A stretch of DNA of 64,000 nt, taken from Eledone cirrhosa (taxonomy: Eukaryota). The position numbers and the translations under genes are program-made. Positions 16,601 to 34,500 of this stretch are shown here, in pieces. Location: contig OZ024743.1 in NCBI GenBank assembly GCA_964016885.1, forward strand, positions 240,932,001 to 240,996,000. The letters are read 5' to 3'. The notes under the pieces were generated by a model, which saw only the letters and a program-made list of their open reading frames with translations, searched no databases and was not told the DNA's origin. Position 1 is the stretch's first letter; every line of letters starts with the position of its first letter.

Positions 16601-19600
16601 CCCTATCACCACCACCACCAACAACAACATCATCATAACAACCAACAACAAAACACTATGACCACCACCATCAACAACGACATCATCATCACAACCAACA
16701 ACAAAACCCTATCACCACCACCATCAACAACAACATCATCACAACAACCAACAACAAAACCCTATCACCACCACCATCAACAACAACATCATCATCACAA
16801 CCAACAACAAAACCGTGTCACCACCAACATCAACAACAACATCATCATCAAAACCAACAACAAAACCCTATCACCACCACCATCAACAACAACATCATCA
16901 CAACATCCAACAACAAAACCCTATCACCACCATCAACAACAACATCATCATCACAACCAACAACAAAACCCTATCACCACCAACATCAACAAAAACATCA
17001 TCACAACAACCAAAAACAAAACCCTATCACCACCACCATCAACAACAACATCATCATCACAACCAACAACAAAACCCTATCCCCACAACATCAACAAAAA
17101 CATCATCACCACAACCAACAACAAAACCCTATCACCACCACCATCAACAACAACATCATCATCACAACCAACAACAAAACCCTATCACCACCACCATCCA
17201 CAAAAACATCATCACAACAACCAACAACAAAACCATATCACCACCACCATCAACAACAACATCATCATCACAACCAACAACAAAACCCTATCACCACCAC
17301 CATCAACAACAACATCATCACAACAACCAACAACAAAACCCTATCACCACCACCATCAACAACAACATCATCATCACAACCAACAACAAAACCCTGTCAC
17401 CACCACCATCAACAACAACATCATCATCACAACCAACAACAAAACCCTATCACCACCACAATCAACAACAACATCATCACAACAACCAACAACAAAACCC
17501 TATCACCACCACCATCAACAACAACATCATCACAACAACGAACAACAAAACCCTATCACCACCACCATCAACAACAACATCATCACAACAACCAACAACA
17601 AAACCCTATCACCACCACCATCAACAACAACATCATCACAACATCAAACAACAAAACCCTATCACCACCATCAACAACAACATCATCATCACAACCAACA
17701 ACAAAACCCTATCACCACCACCATCAACAACAACATCATCACAACAACCAACAACAAAACCCTATCACCACCACCACCAACAACAACATCATCATCACAA
17801 CCAACAACAAAACCCTATCACCACCACCACCAACAACAACATCATTATAACAACCAACAACAAAACACTATCACCACCACCATCAACAACGACATCATCA
17901 TCACAACCAACAACAAAACCCTATCACCACCACCATCAACAACAACATCATCACAACAACCAACAACAAAACCCTATCACCACCACCATCAACAACAACA
18001 TCATCATCACAACCAACAACAAAACCCTGTCACCACCACCATCAACAACAACATCATCATCAGAACCAACAACAAAACCCTATCACCACCACCATCAACA
18101 ACAACATCATCACTACAACCAACAACAAAACCCTATCACCACCACCACCAACAACAACATCATCATCACAACCAACAACAAAACCCTATCACCACCACCA
18201 TCAACAACAACATCATCACAACAACCAACAACAAAACACTATCACCACCACCATCAACAACAACATCATCATCACAACCAACAACAAAACCCTATCACCA
18301 CCACCATCAACAACAACATCATCACAACAACCAACAACAAAACCCTATCACCACCACCATCAACAACAACATCATCATCACAACCAACAACAAAACCCTG
18401 TCACCACCACCATCAACAACAACATCATCATCACAACCAACAACAAAACCCTATCACCACCACCATCAACAACAACATCATCACAACAACCAACAACAAA
18501 ACCCTATCACCACCACCATCAACAACAACATCATCATCACAACCAACAACAAAACCCTATCACCACCACCATCAACAACAACATCATCACAACAACCAAC
18601 AACAAAACCCTATCACCACCACCATCAACAACAACATCATCACAACAACCAACAACAAAACCCTATCACCACCACCATCAACAACAACATCATCACAACA
18701 TCCAACAACAAAACCCTATCACCACCATCAACAACAACATCATCATCACAACCAACAACAAAACCCTATCACCACCACCATCAACAACAACATCATCACA
18801 ACAACCAACAACAAAACCCTATCACCACCACCACCAACAACAACATCATCATCACAACCAACAACAAAACCCTATCACCACCACCATCAACAACAACATC
18901 ATCACAACAACCAACAACAAAACACTATCACCACCACCATCAACAACAACATCATCATCACAACCAACAACAAAACCCTATCACCACCACCATCAACAAC
19001 AACATCATCACAACAACCAACAACAAAACCCTATCACCACCACCATCAACAACAACATCATCATCACAACCAACAACAAAACCCTATCACCACCACCATC
19101 AACAACAACATCATCACAACAACCAACAACAAAACCCTATCACCACCACCATCAACAACAACATCATCATCACAACCCACAACAAAACCCTATCACCACC
19201 ACCATCAACAACAACATCATCATCACAACCAACAACAAAACCCTATCACCACCACCATCAACAACAACATCATCATCACAACCAACAACAAAACCCTATC
19301 ACCACCACCATCAACAAAAACATCATCACAACAACCAAAAACAAAACCCTATCACCACCACCATCAACAACAACATCATCATCACAACCAACAACAAAAC
19401 CCTGTCACCACCACCATCAACAACAACATCATCATCACAACCAACAACAAAACCCTATCACCACCACCATCAACAACAACATCATCACAACAACCAACAA
19501 CAAAACCCTATCACCACCACCACCAACAACAACATCATCATCACAACCAACAACAAAACCCTATCACCACCACCATCAACAACAACATCATCACAACAAC

Positions 19601-22600
19601 CAACAACAAAACACTATCACCACCACCATCAACAACAACATCATCATCACAACCAACAACAAAACCCTATCACCACCACCATCAACAACAACATCATCAC
19701 AACAACCAACAACAAAACCCTATCACCACCACCATCAACAACAACATCATATATCACAACCAACAACAAAACCCTGTCACCACCACCATCAACAACAACA
19801 TCATCATCACAACCAACAACAAAACCCTATCACCACCACCATCAACAACAACATCATCACAACAACCAACAACAAAACCCTATCACCACCACCATCAACA
19901 ACAACATCATCACAACAACCAACAACAAAACCCTATCACCACCACCATCAACAACAACATCATCATCACAACCAACAACAAAACCCTGTCACCACCACCA
20001 TCAACAACAACATCATCATCACAACCAACAACAAAACCCTATCACCACCACCATCAACAACAACATCATCACAACAACCAACAACAAAACCCTATCACCA
20101 CCACCATCAACAACAACATCATCACAACAACCAACAACAAAACCCTATCACCACCACCATCAACAACAACATCATCACAACAACCAACAACAAAACCCTA
20201 TCACCACCACCATCAACAACAACATCATCACAACATCAAACAACAAAACCCTATCACCACCATCAACAACAACATCATCATCACAACCAACAACAAAACC
20301 CTATCACCACCACCATCAACAACAACATCATCACAACAACCAACAACAAAACCCTATCACCACCACCACCAACAACAACATCATCACAACAACCAACAAC
20401 AAAACCCTATCACCACCACCATCAACAAAATCATCATCACAACAACCAACAACAAAACCCTATCACCACCACCATCAACAACAACATCATCGCAACAACC
20501 AACAAAAAACCCTATCACCACCACCACCAACAACAACATCATCATCACAACCAACAACAAAACCCTAACACCACCACCATCAACAACAACATCATCACAA
20601 CAACCAACAACAAAACACTATCACCACCACCATCAACAACAACATCATCATCACAACCAACAACAAGACCCTATCACCACCACCATCAACAACAACATCA
20701 TCACAACAACCACCAACAAAACCCTATCACCACCACCATCAACAACAACATCATCATCACAACCAACAACAAAACCCTGTCACCTCCACCATCAACAACA
20801 ACATCATCATCACAACCAACAACAAAACCCTATCACCACCACCATCAACAACAACATCATCACAACAACCAACAACAAAACCCTATCACCACCACCATCA
20901 ACAACAACATCATCACAACAACCAACAACAAAACCCTATCACCACCACCATCAACAACAATATCATCAGAACAACCAACAACAAAACCCTATCACCACCA
21001 CCATCAACAACAACATCATCACAACATCCAACAACAAAACCCTATCACCACCATCAACAACAACATCATCATCACAACCAACAACAAAACCCTATCACCA
21101 CCACCATCAACAACAACATCATCACAACAACCAACAACAAAACCCTATCACCACCACCACCAACAACAACATCATCATCACAACCAACAACAAAACCCTA
21201 TCACCACCACCATCAACAACAACATCATCACAACAACCAACAACAAAACACTATCACCACCACCATCAACAACAACATCATCATCACAACCAACAACAAA
21301 ACCCTATCACCACCACCATCAACAACAACATCATCACAACAACCAACAACAAAACCCTATCACCACCACCATCAACAACAACATCATCATCACAACCAAC
21401 AACAAAACCCTATCACCACCACCATCAACAACAACATCATCACAACATCCAACAACAAAACCCTATCACCACCATCAACAACAACATCATCATCACAACC
21501 AACAACAAAACCCTGTCACCACCACCATCAACAAAAACATCATCACAACAACCAACAACAAAACCCTATCACCACCACCATCAATAACAACATCATCATC
21601 ACAACCAACAACAAAACCCTATCACCACAACATCAACAAAAACATCATCACAACAACCAACAACAAAACCCTATCACCACCACCATCAACAACAACATCA
21701 TCATCACAACCAACAACAAAACCCTGTCACCACCACCATCAACAAAAACATCATCACAACAACCAACAACAAAACCCTATCACCACCACCATCAACAACA
21801 ACATCATCATCACAACCAACAACAAAACCCTATCACCACCACCATCAACAACAACATCATCACAACAACCAACAACAAAACCCTATCACCACCACCATCA
21901 ACAACAACATCATCATCACAACCAACAACAAACCCTGTCACCACCACCATCAACAACAACATCATCATCACAACCAACAACAAAACCCTATAACCACCAC
22001 CATCAACAACAACATCATCACAACATCCAACAACAAAACCCTATCACCACCATCAACAACAACATCATCATCACAACCAACAACAAAACCCTATCACCAC
22101 CACCATCAACAAAAACATCATCACAACAACCAACAACAAAACACTATCACCACCACCATCAACAACAACATCATCATCACAACCAACAACAAAACCCTAT
22201 CACCACCACCATCAACAACAACATCATCACAACAACCAACAACAAAACCCTATCACCACCACCATCAACAACAACATCATCATCACAACCAACAACAAAA
22301 CCCTGTCACCACCACCATCATCAACAACATCATCATCACAACCAACAACAAAACCCTATCACCACCACCACCAACAACAACATCATCACAACATCCAACA
22401 ACAAAACCCTATCACCACCATCAACAACAACATCATCATCACAACCAACAACAAAACCCTATCACCACCACCATCAACAAAAACATCATCACAACAACCA
22501 AAAACAAAACCCTATCACCACCACCATCAACAACAACATCATCATCACAACCAACAACAAAACCCTGTCACCACCACCATCAACAACAACATCATCATAA

Positions 22601-25600
22601 GAACCAACAACAAAACCCTAACACCACCACCATCAACAACAACATCATCACAACAACCAACAACAAAACCCTATCACCACCACCACCAACAACAACATCA
22701 TCATCACAACCAACAACAAAACCCTATCACCACCACCATCAACAACAACATCATCACAACAACCAACAACAAAACACTATCACCACCAGCATCAACAACA
22801 TCATCATCACAACCAACAACAAAACCCTATCACCACCACCATCAACAACAACATCATCACAACAACCAACAACAAAACCCTATCACCACCACCATCAACA
22901 ACAACATCATCATCACAACCAACAACAAAACCCTGTCACCACCACCATCAACAACAACACCATCATCACAACCAACAACAAAACCCTATCACCACCACCA
23001 TCAACAACAACATCATCACAACAACCAACAACAAAACCCTATCACCACCACCATCAACAACAACATCATCACAACAACCAACAACAAAACCCTATCACCA
23101 CCACCATCAACAACAACATCATCACAACAACCAACAACAAAACCCTATCACCACCACCATCAACAACAACATCATCACAACATCAAACAACCAAACCCTA
23201 TCACCACCATCAACAACAACATCATCATCACAACCAACAACAAAACCCTGTCACCACAACCATCAACAACAACATCATCATCACAACCAACAACAAAACC
23301 CTATCACCACCACCATCAACAACAACATCATCACAACATCCAACAACAAAACCCTATCACCACCACCATCAACAACAACATCATCACAACATCCAACAAC
23401 AAAACCCTATCACCACCATCAACAACAACATCATCATCACAACCAACAACAAAACCCTATCACCACCACCATCAACAAAAACATCATCACAACAACCAAC
23501 AACAAAACCCTATCACCACCACCATCAACAACAACATCATCATCACAACCCACAACAAAACCCTATCACCACCACCATCAACAACAACATCATCATCACA
23601 ACCAACAACAAAACCCTATCACCACCACCATCAACAACAACATCATCATCACAACCAACAACAAAACCCTATCACCACCACCATCAACAAAAACATCATC
23701 ACAACAACCAAAAACAAAACCCTATCACCACCCCCATCAACAACAACATCATCATCACAACCAACAACAAAACCCTGTCACCACCACCATCAACAACAAC
23801 ATCATCATCACAACCAACAACAAAACCCTATCACCACCAACATCAACAACAACATCATCATCACAACCAACAACAAAACCCTGTGACCACCACCATCAAC
23901 AACAACATCATCATCACAACCAACAACAAAACCCTATCACCACCACCATCAACAACAACATCATCACAACATCCAACAACAAAACCCTATCACCACCATC
24001 AACAACAACATCATCATCACAACCAACAACAAAACCCTATCACCACCACCATCAACAACAACATCATCACAACAACCAACAACAAAACCCTATCACCACC
24101 ACCATCAACAAAAACATCATCACAACAACCAACAACAAAACCCTATCACCACCACCATCAACAACAACATCATCATCACAACCAACAACAAAACCCTATC
24201 ACCACCACCATCAACAACAACATCATCACAACAACCAACAACAAAACCCTATCACCACCACCATCAACAACAACATCATCATCACAACCAACAACAAAAC
24301 CCTGTCACCACCACCATCATCAACAACATCATCATCACAACCAACAACAAAACCCTATCACCACCACCATCAACAACAACATCATCACAACATCCAACAA
24401 CAAAACCCTATCACCACCATCAACAACAACATCATCATCACAACCAACAACAAAACCCTATCACCACCACCATCAACAACAACATCATCATCACAACCAA
24501 CAACAAAACCCTATCACCACCACCATCAACAACAACATCATCATCACAACCAACAACAAAACCCTATCACCACCACCATCAACAAAAACATCATCACAAC
24601 AACCAAAAACAAAACCCTATCACCACCACCATCAACAACAACATCATCATCACAACCAACAACAAAACCCTGTCACCACCACCATCAACAACAACATCAT
24701 CATCAGAACCAACAACAAAACCCTATCACCACCACCATCAACAACAACATCATCACAACAACCAACAACAAAACCCTATCACCACCACCACCAACAACAA
24801 CATCATCATCACAACCAACAACAAAACCCTATCACCACCACCATCAACAACAATATCATCACAACAACCAACAACAAAACACTATCACCACCACCATCAT
24901 CATCACAACCAACAACAAAACCCTATCACCACCACCATCAACAACAACATCATCACAACAACCAACAAAACCCTATCACCACCACCATCAACAACAACAT
25001 CATCATCACAACCAACAACAAATCCCTGTCACCACCACCATCAACAACAACATCATCATCACAACCAACAACAAAACCCTATCACCACCACCATCAACAA
25101 CAACATCATCACAACAACCAACAACAAAACCCTATCACCACCACCATCAACAACAACATCATCACAACAACGAACAACAAAACACTATCACCACCACCAT
25201 CAACAACAACATCATCACAACAACCAACAACAAAACCCTATCACCACCACCATCAACAACAACATCATCACAACATCAAACAACAAAACCCTATCACCAC
25301 CATCAACAACATCATCACAACAACCAACAACAAAACCCTATCACCACCACCACCAACAACAACATCATCATCACAACCAACAACAAAACCCTATCACCAC
25401 CACCATCAACAACAACATCATCACAACAACCAACAACAAAACCCTATCACCACCACCATCAACAACAACATCATCACAACAACGAACAACAAAACACTAT
25501 CACCACCACCATCAACAACAACATCATCACAACAACCAACAACAAAACCCTATCACCACCACCATCAACAACAACATCATCACAACATCAAACAACAAAA

Positions 25601-28585
25601 CCCTATCACCACCATCAACAACATCATCACAACAACCAACAACAAAACCCTATCACCACCACCACCAACAACAACATCATCATCACAACCAACAACAAGA
25701 CCCTATCACCACCACCACCAACAACATCATCATAACAACCAATAACAAAACACTATCACCACCACCATCAACAACGACATCATCATCACAACCAACAACA
25801 AAACCCTATCACCACCACCATCAACAACAACATCATCTCAACAACCAACAACAAAACCCTATCACCACCACCATCAACAACAACATCATCATCACAACCA
25901 ACAACAAAACCCTGTCACCACCACCATCAACAACAACATCATCATCAGAACCAACAACAAAACCCTATCACCACCACCATCAACAACAACATCATCACAA
26001 CAACCAACAACAAAACCCTATCACCACCACCACCAACAACAACATCATCATCACAACCAACAACAAAACCCTATCACCACCACCATCAACAACAACATCA
26101 TCACAACAACCAACAACAAAACACTATCACCACCACCATCAACAACAACATCATCATCACAACCAACAACAAAACCCTATCACCACCACCATCAACAACA
26201 ACATCATCACAACAACCAACAACAAAACCCTATCACCACCACCATCAACAACAACATCATCATCACAACCAACAACAAAACCCTGTCACCACCACCATCA
26301 ACAACAACATCATCATCACAACCAACAACAAAACCCTATCACCACCACCATCAACAACAACATCATCACAACAACCAACAACAAAACCCTATCACCACGA
26401 CCATCAACAACAACATCATCACAACAACGAACAACAAAACCCTGTCACCACCACCATCAACAACAACATCATCACAACAACCAACAACAAAACCCTATCA
26501 CCACCACCATCAACAACAACATCATCACAACATCAAACAACAAAACCCTATCACCACCATCAACAACAACATCATCATCACAACCAACAACAAAACCCTA
26601 TCACCACCACCATCAACAACAACATCATCACAACAACCAACAACAAAACCCTATCACCACCACCACCAACAACAACATCATCATCACAACCAACAACAAA
26701 ACCCTATCACCACCACCACCAACAACAACATCATCATAACAACCAACAACAAAACACTATGACCACCACCATCAACAACGACATCATCATCACAACCAAC
26801 AACAAAACCCTATCACCACCACCATCAACAACAACATCATCACAACAACCAACAACAAAACCCTATCACCACCACCATCAACAACAACATCATCATCACA
26901 ACCAACAACAAAACCGTGTCACCACCAACATCAACAACAACATCATCATCAAAACCAACAACAAAACCCTATCACCACCACCATCAACAACAACATCATC
27001 ACAACATCCAACAACAAAACCCTATCACCACCATCAACAACAACATCATCATCACAACCAACAACAAAACCCTATCACCACCAACATCAACAAAAACATC
27101 ATCACAACAACCAAAAACAAAACCCTATCACCACCACCATCAACAACAACATCATCATCACAACCAACAACAAAACCCTATCCCCACAACATCAACAAAA
27201 ACATCATCACCACAACCAACAACAAAACCCTATCACCACCACCATCAACAACAACATCATCATCACAACCAACAACAAAACCCTATCACCACCACCATCC
27301 ACAAAAACATCATCACAACAACCAACAACAAAACCATATCACCACCACCATCAACAACAACATCATCATCACAACCAACAACAAAACCCTATCACCACCA
27401 CCATCAACAACAACATCATCACAACAACCAACAACAAAACCCTATCACCACCACCATCAACAACAACATCATCATCACAACCAACAACAAAACCCTGTCA
27501 CCACCACCATCAACAACAACATCATCATCACAACCAACAACAAAACCCTATCACCACCACAATCAACAACAACATCATCACAACAACCAACAACAAAACC
27601 CTATCACCACCACCATCAACAACAACATCATCACAACAACGAACAACAAAACCCTATCACCACCACCATCAACAACAACATCATCACAACAACCAACAAC
27701 AAAACCCTATCACCACCACCATCAACAACAACATCATCACAACATCAAACAACAAAACCCTATCACCACCACCATCAACAACAACATCATCACAACAACC
27801 AACAACAAAACCCTATCACCACCACCACCAACAACAACATCATCATCACAACCAACAACAAAACCCTATCACCACCACCACCAACAACAACATCATTATA
27901 ACAACCAACAACAAAACACTATCACCACCACCATCAACAACGACATCATCATCACAACCAACAACAAAACCCTATCACCACCACCATCAACAACAACATC
28001 ATCACAACAACCAACAACAAAACCCTATCACCACCACCATCAACAACAACATCATCATCACAACCAACAACAAAACCCTGTCACCACCACCATCAACAAC
28101 AACATCATCATCAGAACCAACAACAAAACCCTATCACCACCACCATCAACAACAACATCATCACTACAACCAACAACAAAACCCTATCACCACCACCACC
28201 AACAACAACATCATCATCACAACCAACAACAAAACCCTATCACCACCACCATCAACAACAACATCATCACAACAACCAACAACAAAACACTATCACCACC
28301 ACCATCAACAACAACATCATCATCACAACCAACAACAAAACCCTATCACCACCACCATCAACAACAACATCATCACAACAACCAACAACAAAACCCTATC
28401 ACCACCACCATCAACAACAACATCATCATCACAACCAACAACAAAACCCTGTCACCACCACCATCAACAACAACATCATCATCACAACCAACAACAAAAC
28501 CCTATCACCACCACCATCAACAACAACATCATCACAACAACCAACAACAAAACCCTATCACCACCACCATCAACAACAACATCAT
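7770..28585 (+). repeat. Approximately 10.8-kb near-identical head-to-tail duplication (copy 1 about 7770-18555, copy 2 about 18556-28585)
   Basis: Offset 10786 for atcc 7914/18700, tatat 8964/19750, catcgc 9706/20492 and cagc 12003/22789. Offset 10101 for ccccc 13630/23731 and ORF starts 13782/23883 and 16658/26759. Offset 10051 for cattata 17843/27894 and cactac 18111/28162. Confidence 0.88.
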
Positions 28586-31500
28586 CACAACAACGAACAA
28601 CAAGACCCTATCACCACCACCATCAACAACAACATCATCACAACAACCAACAACAAAACCCTATCACCACCACCATCAACAACAACATCATCACAACATC
28701 AAACAACAAACCCTATCACCACCATCAACAACAACATCATCATCACAACCAACAACAAAACCCTATCACCACCACCATCAACAACAACATCATCACAACA
28801 ACCAACAACAAAACCCTATCACCACCACCACCAACAACAACATCATCATCACAACCAACAACAAAACCCTATCACCACCACCACCAACAACAACATCATC
28901 ATAACAACCAACAACAAAACCCTATCACCACCACCATCAACAACAACATCATCACAACATCCAACAACAAAACCCTATCACCACCATCAACAACAACATC
29001 ATCATCACAACCAACAACAAAACCCTATCACCACCAACATCAACAAAAACATCATCACAACAACCAAAAACAAAACCCTATCACCACCACCATCAACAAC
29101 AACATCATCATCACAACCAACAACAAAACCCTATCACCACAACATCAACAAAAACATCATCACCACAACCAACAACAAAACCCTATCACCACCACCATCA
29201 ACAACAACATCATCACAACATCCAACAACAAAACCCTATCACCACCATCAACAACAACATCATCATCACAACCAACAACAAAACCCTATCACCACCAACA
29301 TCAACAAAAACATCATCACAACAACCAAAAACAAAACCCTATCACCACCACCATCAACAACAACATCATCATCACAACCAACAACAAAACCCTATCACCA
29401 CAACATCAACAAAAACATCATCACCACAACCAACAACAAAACCCTATCACCACCACCATCAACAACAACATCATCATCACAACCAACAACAAAACCCTAT
29501 CACCACCACCATCCACAAAAACATCATCACAACAACCAACAAAACCCTATCTCCACCACCATCAACAACAACATCATCATCACAACCAACAACAAAACCC
29601 TATCACCACCACCATCAACAACAACATCATCACAACAACCAACAACAAAACCCTATCACCACCACCATCAACAACAACATCATCATCACAACCAACAACA
29701 AAACCCTGTCACCACCACCATCAAAAACAACATCATCATCACAACCAACAACAAAACCCTATCACCACCACCATCAACAACAACATCATCACAACAACCA
29801 ACAACAAAACCCTATCACCACCACCATCAACAACAACATCATCACAACAACGAACAACAAAACCCTATCACCACCACCATCAACAACAACATCATCACAA
29901 CAACCAACAACAAAACCCTATCACCACCACCATCAACAACAACATCATCACAACATCAAACAACAAAACCCTATCACCACCATCAACAAAAACATCATCA
30001 TCACAACCAACAACAAAACCCTATCTCCACCACCATCAACAACAACATCATCACAACAACCAACAACAAAACCCTATCACCACCACCACCAACAACAACA
30101 TTATCATCACAACCAACAACAAAACCCTATCACCACCACCACGAACAACAACATCATCATAACAACCAACAACAAAACACTATCACCACCACCATCAACA
30201 ACGACATCATCATCACAACCAACAACAAAACCCTATCACCACCACCATCAACAACAACATCATCACAACAACCAACAACAAAACCCTATCACCACCACCA
30301 TCAACAACAACATCATCATCACAACCAACAACAAAACCCTGTCGCCACCACCATCAACAACAACATCATCATCAGAACCAACAACAAAACCCTATCACCA
30401 CCACCATCAACAACAACATCATCACAACAACCAACAACAAAACCCTATCACCACCACCACCAACAACAACATCATCATCACAACCAACAACAAAACCCTA
30501 TCACCACCACCATCAACAACAACATCATCACAACAACCAACAACAAAACACTATCACCACCACCATCAACAACAACATCATCATCACAACCAACAACAAA
30601 ACCCTATCACCACCACCATCAACAACAACATCATCACAACAACCAACAACAAAACCCTATCACCACCATCATCAACAACAACATCATCATCACAACCAAC
30701 AACAAAACCCTGTCACCACCACCATCAACAACAACATCATCATCACAACCAACAACAAAACCCTATCACCACCACCATCAACAACAACATCATCACAACA
30801 ACCAACAACAAAACCCTATCACCACCACCATCAACAACAACATCATCACAACAACGAACAACAAAACCCTATCACCACCACCATCAACAACAACATCATC
30901 ACAACAACCAACAACAAAACCCTATCACCACCACCATCAACAACAACATCATCACAACATCAAACAACAAAACCCTATCACCACCATCAACAACAACATC
31001 ATCATCACAACCAACAACAAAACCCTATCACCACCACCATCAACAACAACATCATCACAACAACCAACAACAAAACCCTATCACCACCACCACCAACAAC
31101 AACATCATCATCACAACCAACAACAAAACCCTATCACCACCACCACCAACAACAACATCATCATAACAACCAACAACAAAACACTATCACCACCACCATC
31201 AACAACGACATCATCATCACAACCAACAACAAAACCCTATCACCACCACCATCAACAACAACATCATCACAACAACCAACAACAAAACCCTATCACCACC
31301 ACCATCAACAACAACATCATCATCACAACCAACAACAAAACCGTGTCACCACCACCATCAACAACAACATCATCATCACAACCAACAACAAAACCCTATC
31401 ACCACCACCATCAACAACAACATCATCACAACATCCAACAACAAAACCCTATCACCACCATCAACAACAACATCATCATCACAACCAACAACAAAACCCT

Positions 31501-34500
31501 ATCACCACCAACATCAACAAAAACATCATCACAACAACCAAAAACAAAACCCTATCACCACCACCATCAACAACAACATCATCATCACAACCAACAACAA
31601 AACCCTATCACCACAACATCAACAAAAACATCATCACCACAACCAACAACAAAACCCTATCACCACCACCATCAACAACAACATCATCATCACAACCAAC
31701 AACAAAACCCTATCACCACCACCATCCACAAAAACATCATCATCACAACCAACAACAAAACCCTATCACCACCACCATCAACAAAAACATTATCACAACA
31801 ACCAACAACAAAACCCTATCACCACCACCATCAACAACAACATCATCATCACAACCCACAACAAAACCCTATCACCACCACCATCAACAACAACATCATC
31901 ATCACAACCAACAACAAAACCCTATCACCACCACCATCAACAACAACATCATCATCACAACCAACAACAAAACCCTATCACCACCACCATCAACAAAAAC
32001 ATCATCACAACAACCAAAAACAAAACCCTATCACCACCACCATCAACAACAACATCATCATCACAACCAACAACAAAACCCTGTCACCACCACCATCAAC
32101 AACAACATCATCATCACAACCAACAACAAAACCCTATCACCACCACCATCAACAACAACATCATCACAACAACCAACAACAAAACCCTATCACCACCACC
32201 ACCAACAACAACATCATCATCACAACCAACAACAAAACCCCATCACGACCACCATCAACAGCAACATCATCACAACAACCAACAACAAAACACTATCACC
32301 ACCACCATCAACAACAACATCATCATCACAACCAACAACAAAACCCTATCACCACCACCATCAACAACAACATCATCACAACAACCAACAACAAAACTCT
32401 ATCACCACCACCATCAACAACAACATCATCATCACAACCAACAACAAAACCCTGTCACCACCACCATCAACAACAACATCATCATCACAACCAACAACAA
32501 AACCCTATCACCACCACCATCAACAACAACATCATCACAACAACCAACAACAAAACCCTATCACCACCACCATCAACAACAACATCATCACAACAACCAA
32601 CAACAAAACCCTATCACCACCACCATCAACAACAACATCATCATCACAACCAACAACAAAACCCTGTCACCACCACCATCAACAACAACATCATCATCAC
32701 AACCAACAACAAAACCCTATCACCACCACCATCAACAACAACATCATCACAACAACCAACAACAAAACCCTATCACCACCACCATCAACAACAACATCAT
32801 CACAACAACCAACAACAAAACCCTATCACCACCACCATCAACAACAACATCATCACAACAACCAACAACAAAACCCTATCACCACCACCATCAACAACAA
32901 CATCATCACAACATCAAACAACAAAACCCTATCACCACCATCAACAACAACATCATCATCACAACCAACAATAAAACCCTATCACCACCACCATCGACAA
33001 CAACATCATCACAACAACCAACAACAAAACCCTATCACCACCACCATCAACAACAACATCATCACAACAACCAACAACAAAAGCCTATCACCACCACCAC
33101 CAACAACAACATCATCATCACAACCAACAACAAAACCCTATCACCACCACCACCAACAACAACATCATCACAACAACCAACAACAAAACACTATCACCAC
33201 CACCATCAACAACGACATCATCATCACAACCAACAACAAAACCCTATCACCACCACCATCAACAACAACATCATCACAACAACCAACAACAAAACCCTAT
33301 CACCACCACCATCAACAACAACATCATCATCACAACCAACAACAAAACCGTGTCACCACCACCATCAACAACAACATCATCATCACAACCAACAACAAAA
33401 CCCTATCACCACCACCATCAACAACAACATCATCACAACATCCAACAACAAAACCCTATCACCACCATCAACAACAACATCATCATCACAACCAACAACA
33501 AAACCCTATCACCACCACCATCAACAAAAACATCATCACAACAACCAAAAACAAAACCCTATCACCACCACCATCAACAACAACATCATCATCACAACCA
33601 ACAACAAAACCCTATCACCACAACATCAACAAAAACATCATCACCACAACCAACAACAAAACCCTATCACCACCACCATCAACAACAACATCATCATCAC
33701 AACCAACAACAAAACCCTATCACCACCACCATCCACAAAAACATCATCACAACAACCAACAACAAAGCCCTATCACCACCACCATCAACAACAACATCAT
33801 CATCACAACCAACAACAAAACCCTATCACCACCACCATCAACAACAACATCATCACAACAACCAACAACAAAACCCTATCACCACCACCATCAACAACAA
33901 CATCATCATCACAACCAACAACAAAACCCTGTCACCACCACCATCAACAACAACATCATCATCACAACCAACAACAAAACCCTATCACCACCACCATCAA
34001 CAACAACATCATCACAACATCCAACAACAAAACCCTATCACCACCATCAACAACAACATCATCATCACAACCAACAACAAAACCCTATCACCACCACCAT
34101 CAACAAAAACATCATCACAACAACCAACAACAAAACCCTATCACCACCACCATCAACAACAACATCATCATCACAAGCCACAACAAAACCCTATCACCAC
34201 CACCATCAACAACAACATCATCATCACAACCAACAACAAAACCCTATCACCACCACCATCAACAACAACATCATCATCACAACCAACAACAAAACCCTGT
34301 CACCACCACCATCAACAAAAACATCATCACAACAACCAAAAAGAAAACCCTATCACCACCACCATCAACAACAACATCATCATCACAACCAACAACAAAA
34401 CCCTGTCACCACCACCATCAACAACAACATCATCATCACAACCAACAACAAAACCCTATCACCACCACCATCAACAACAACATCATCACAACAACCAACA

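Noticed and set aside
16658-22600. 1980-aa ORF, overlapping 1590-aa ORF (16815-21587), and copies at 26759 and 26916
   Set aside because: Two overlapping same-strand frames give the same repeat. The ATG/GTG starts and TAA stops are sporadic monomer mutations. Openness follows from a G-free, T-poor strand.
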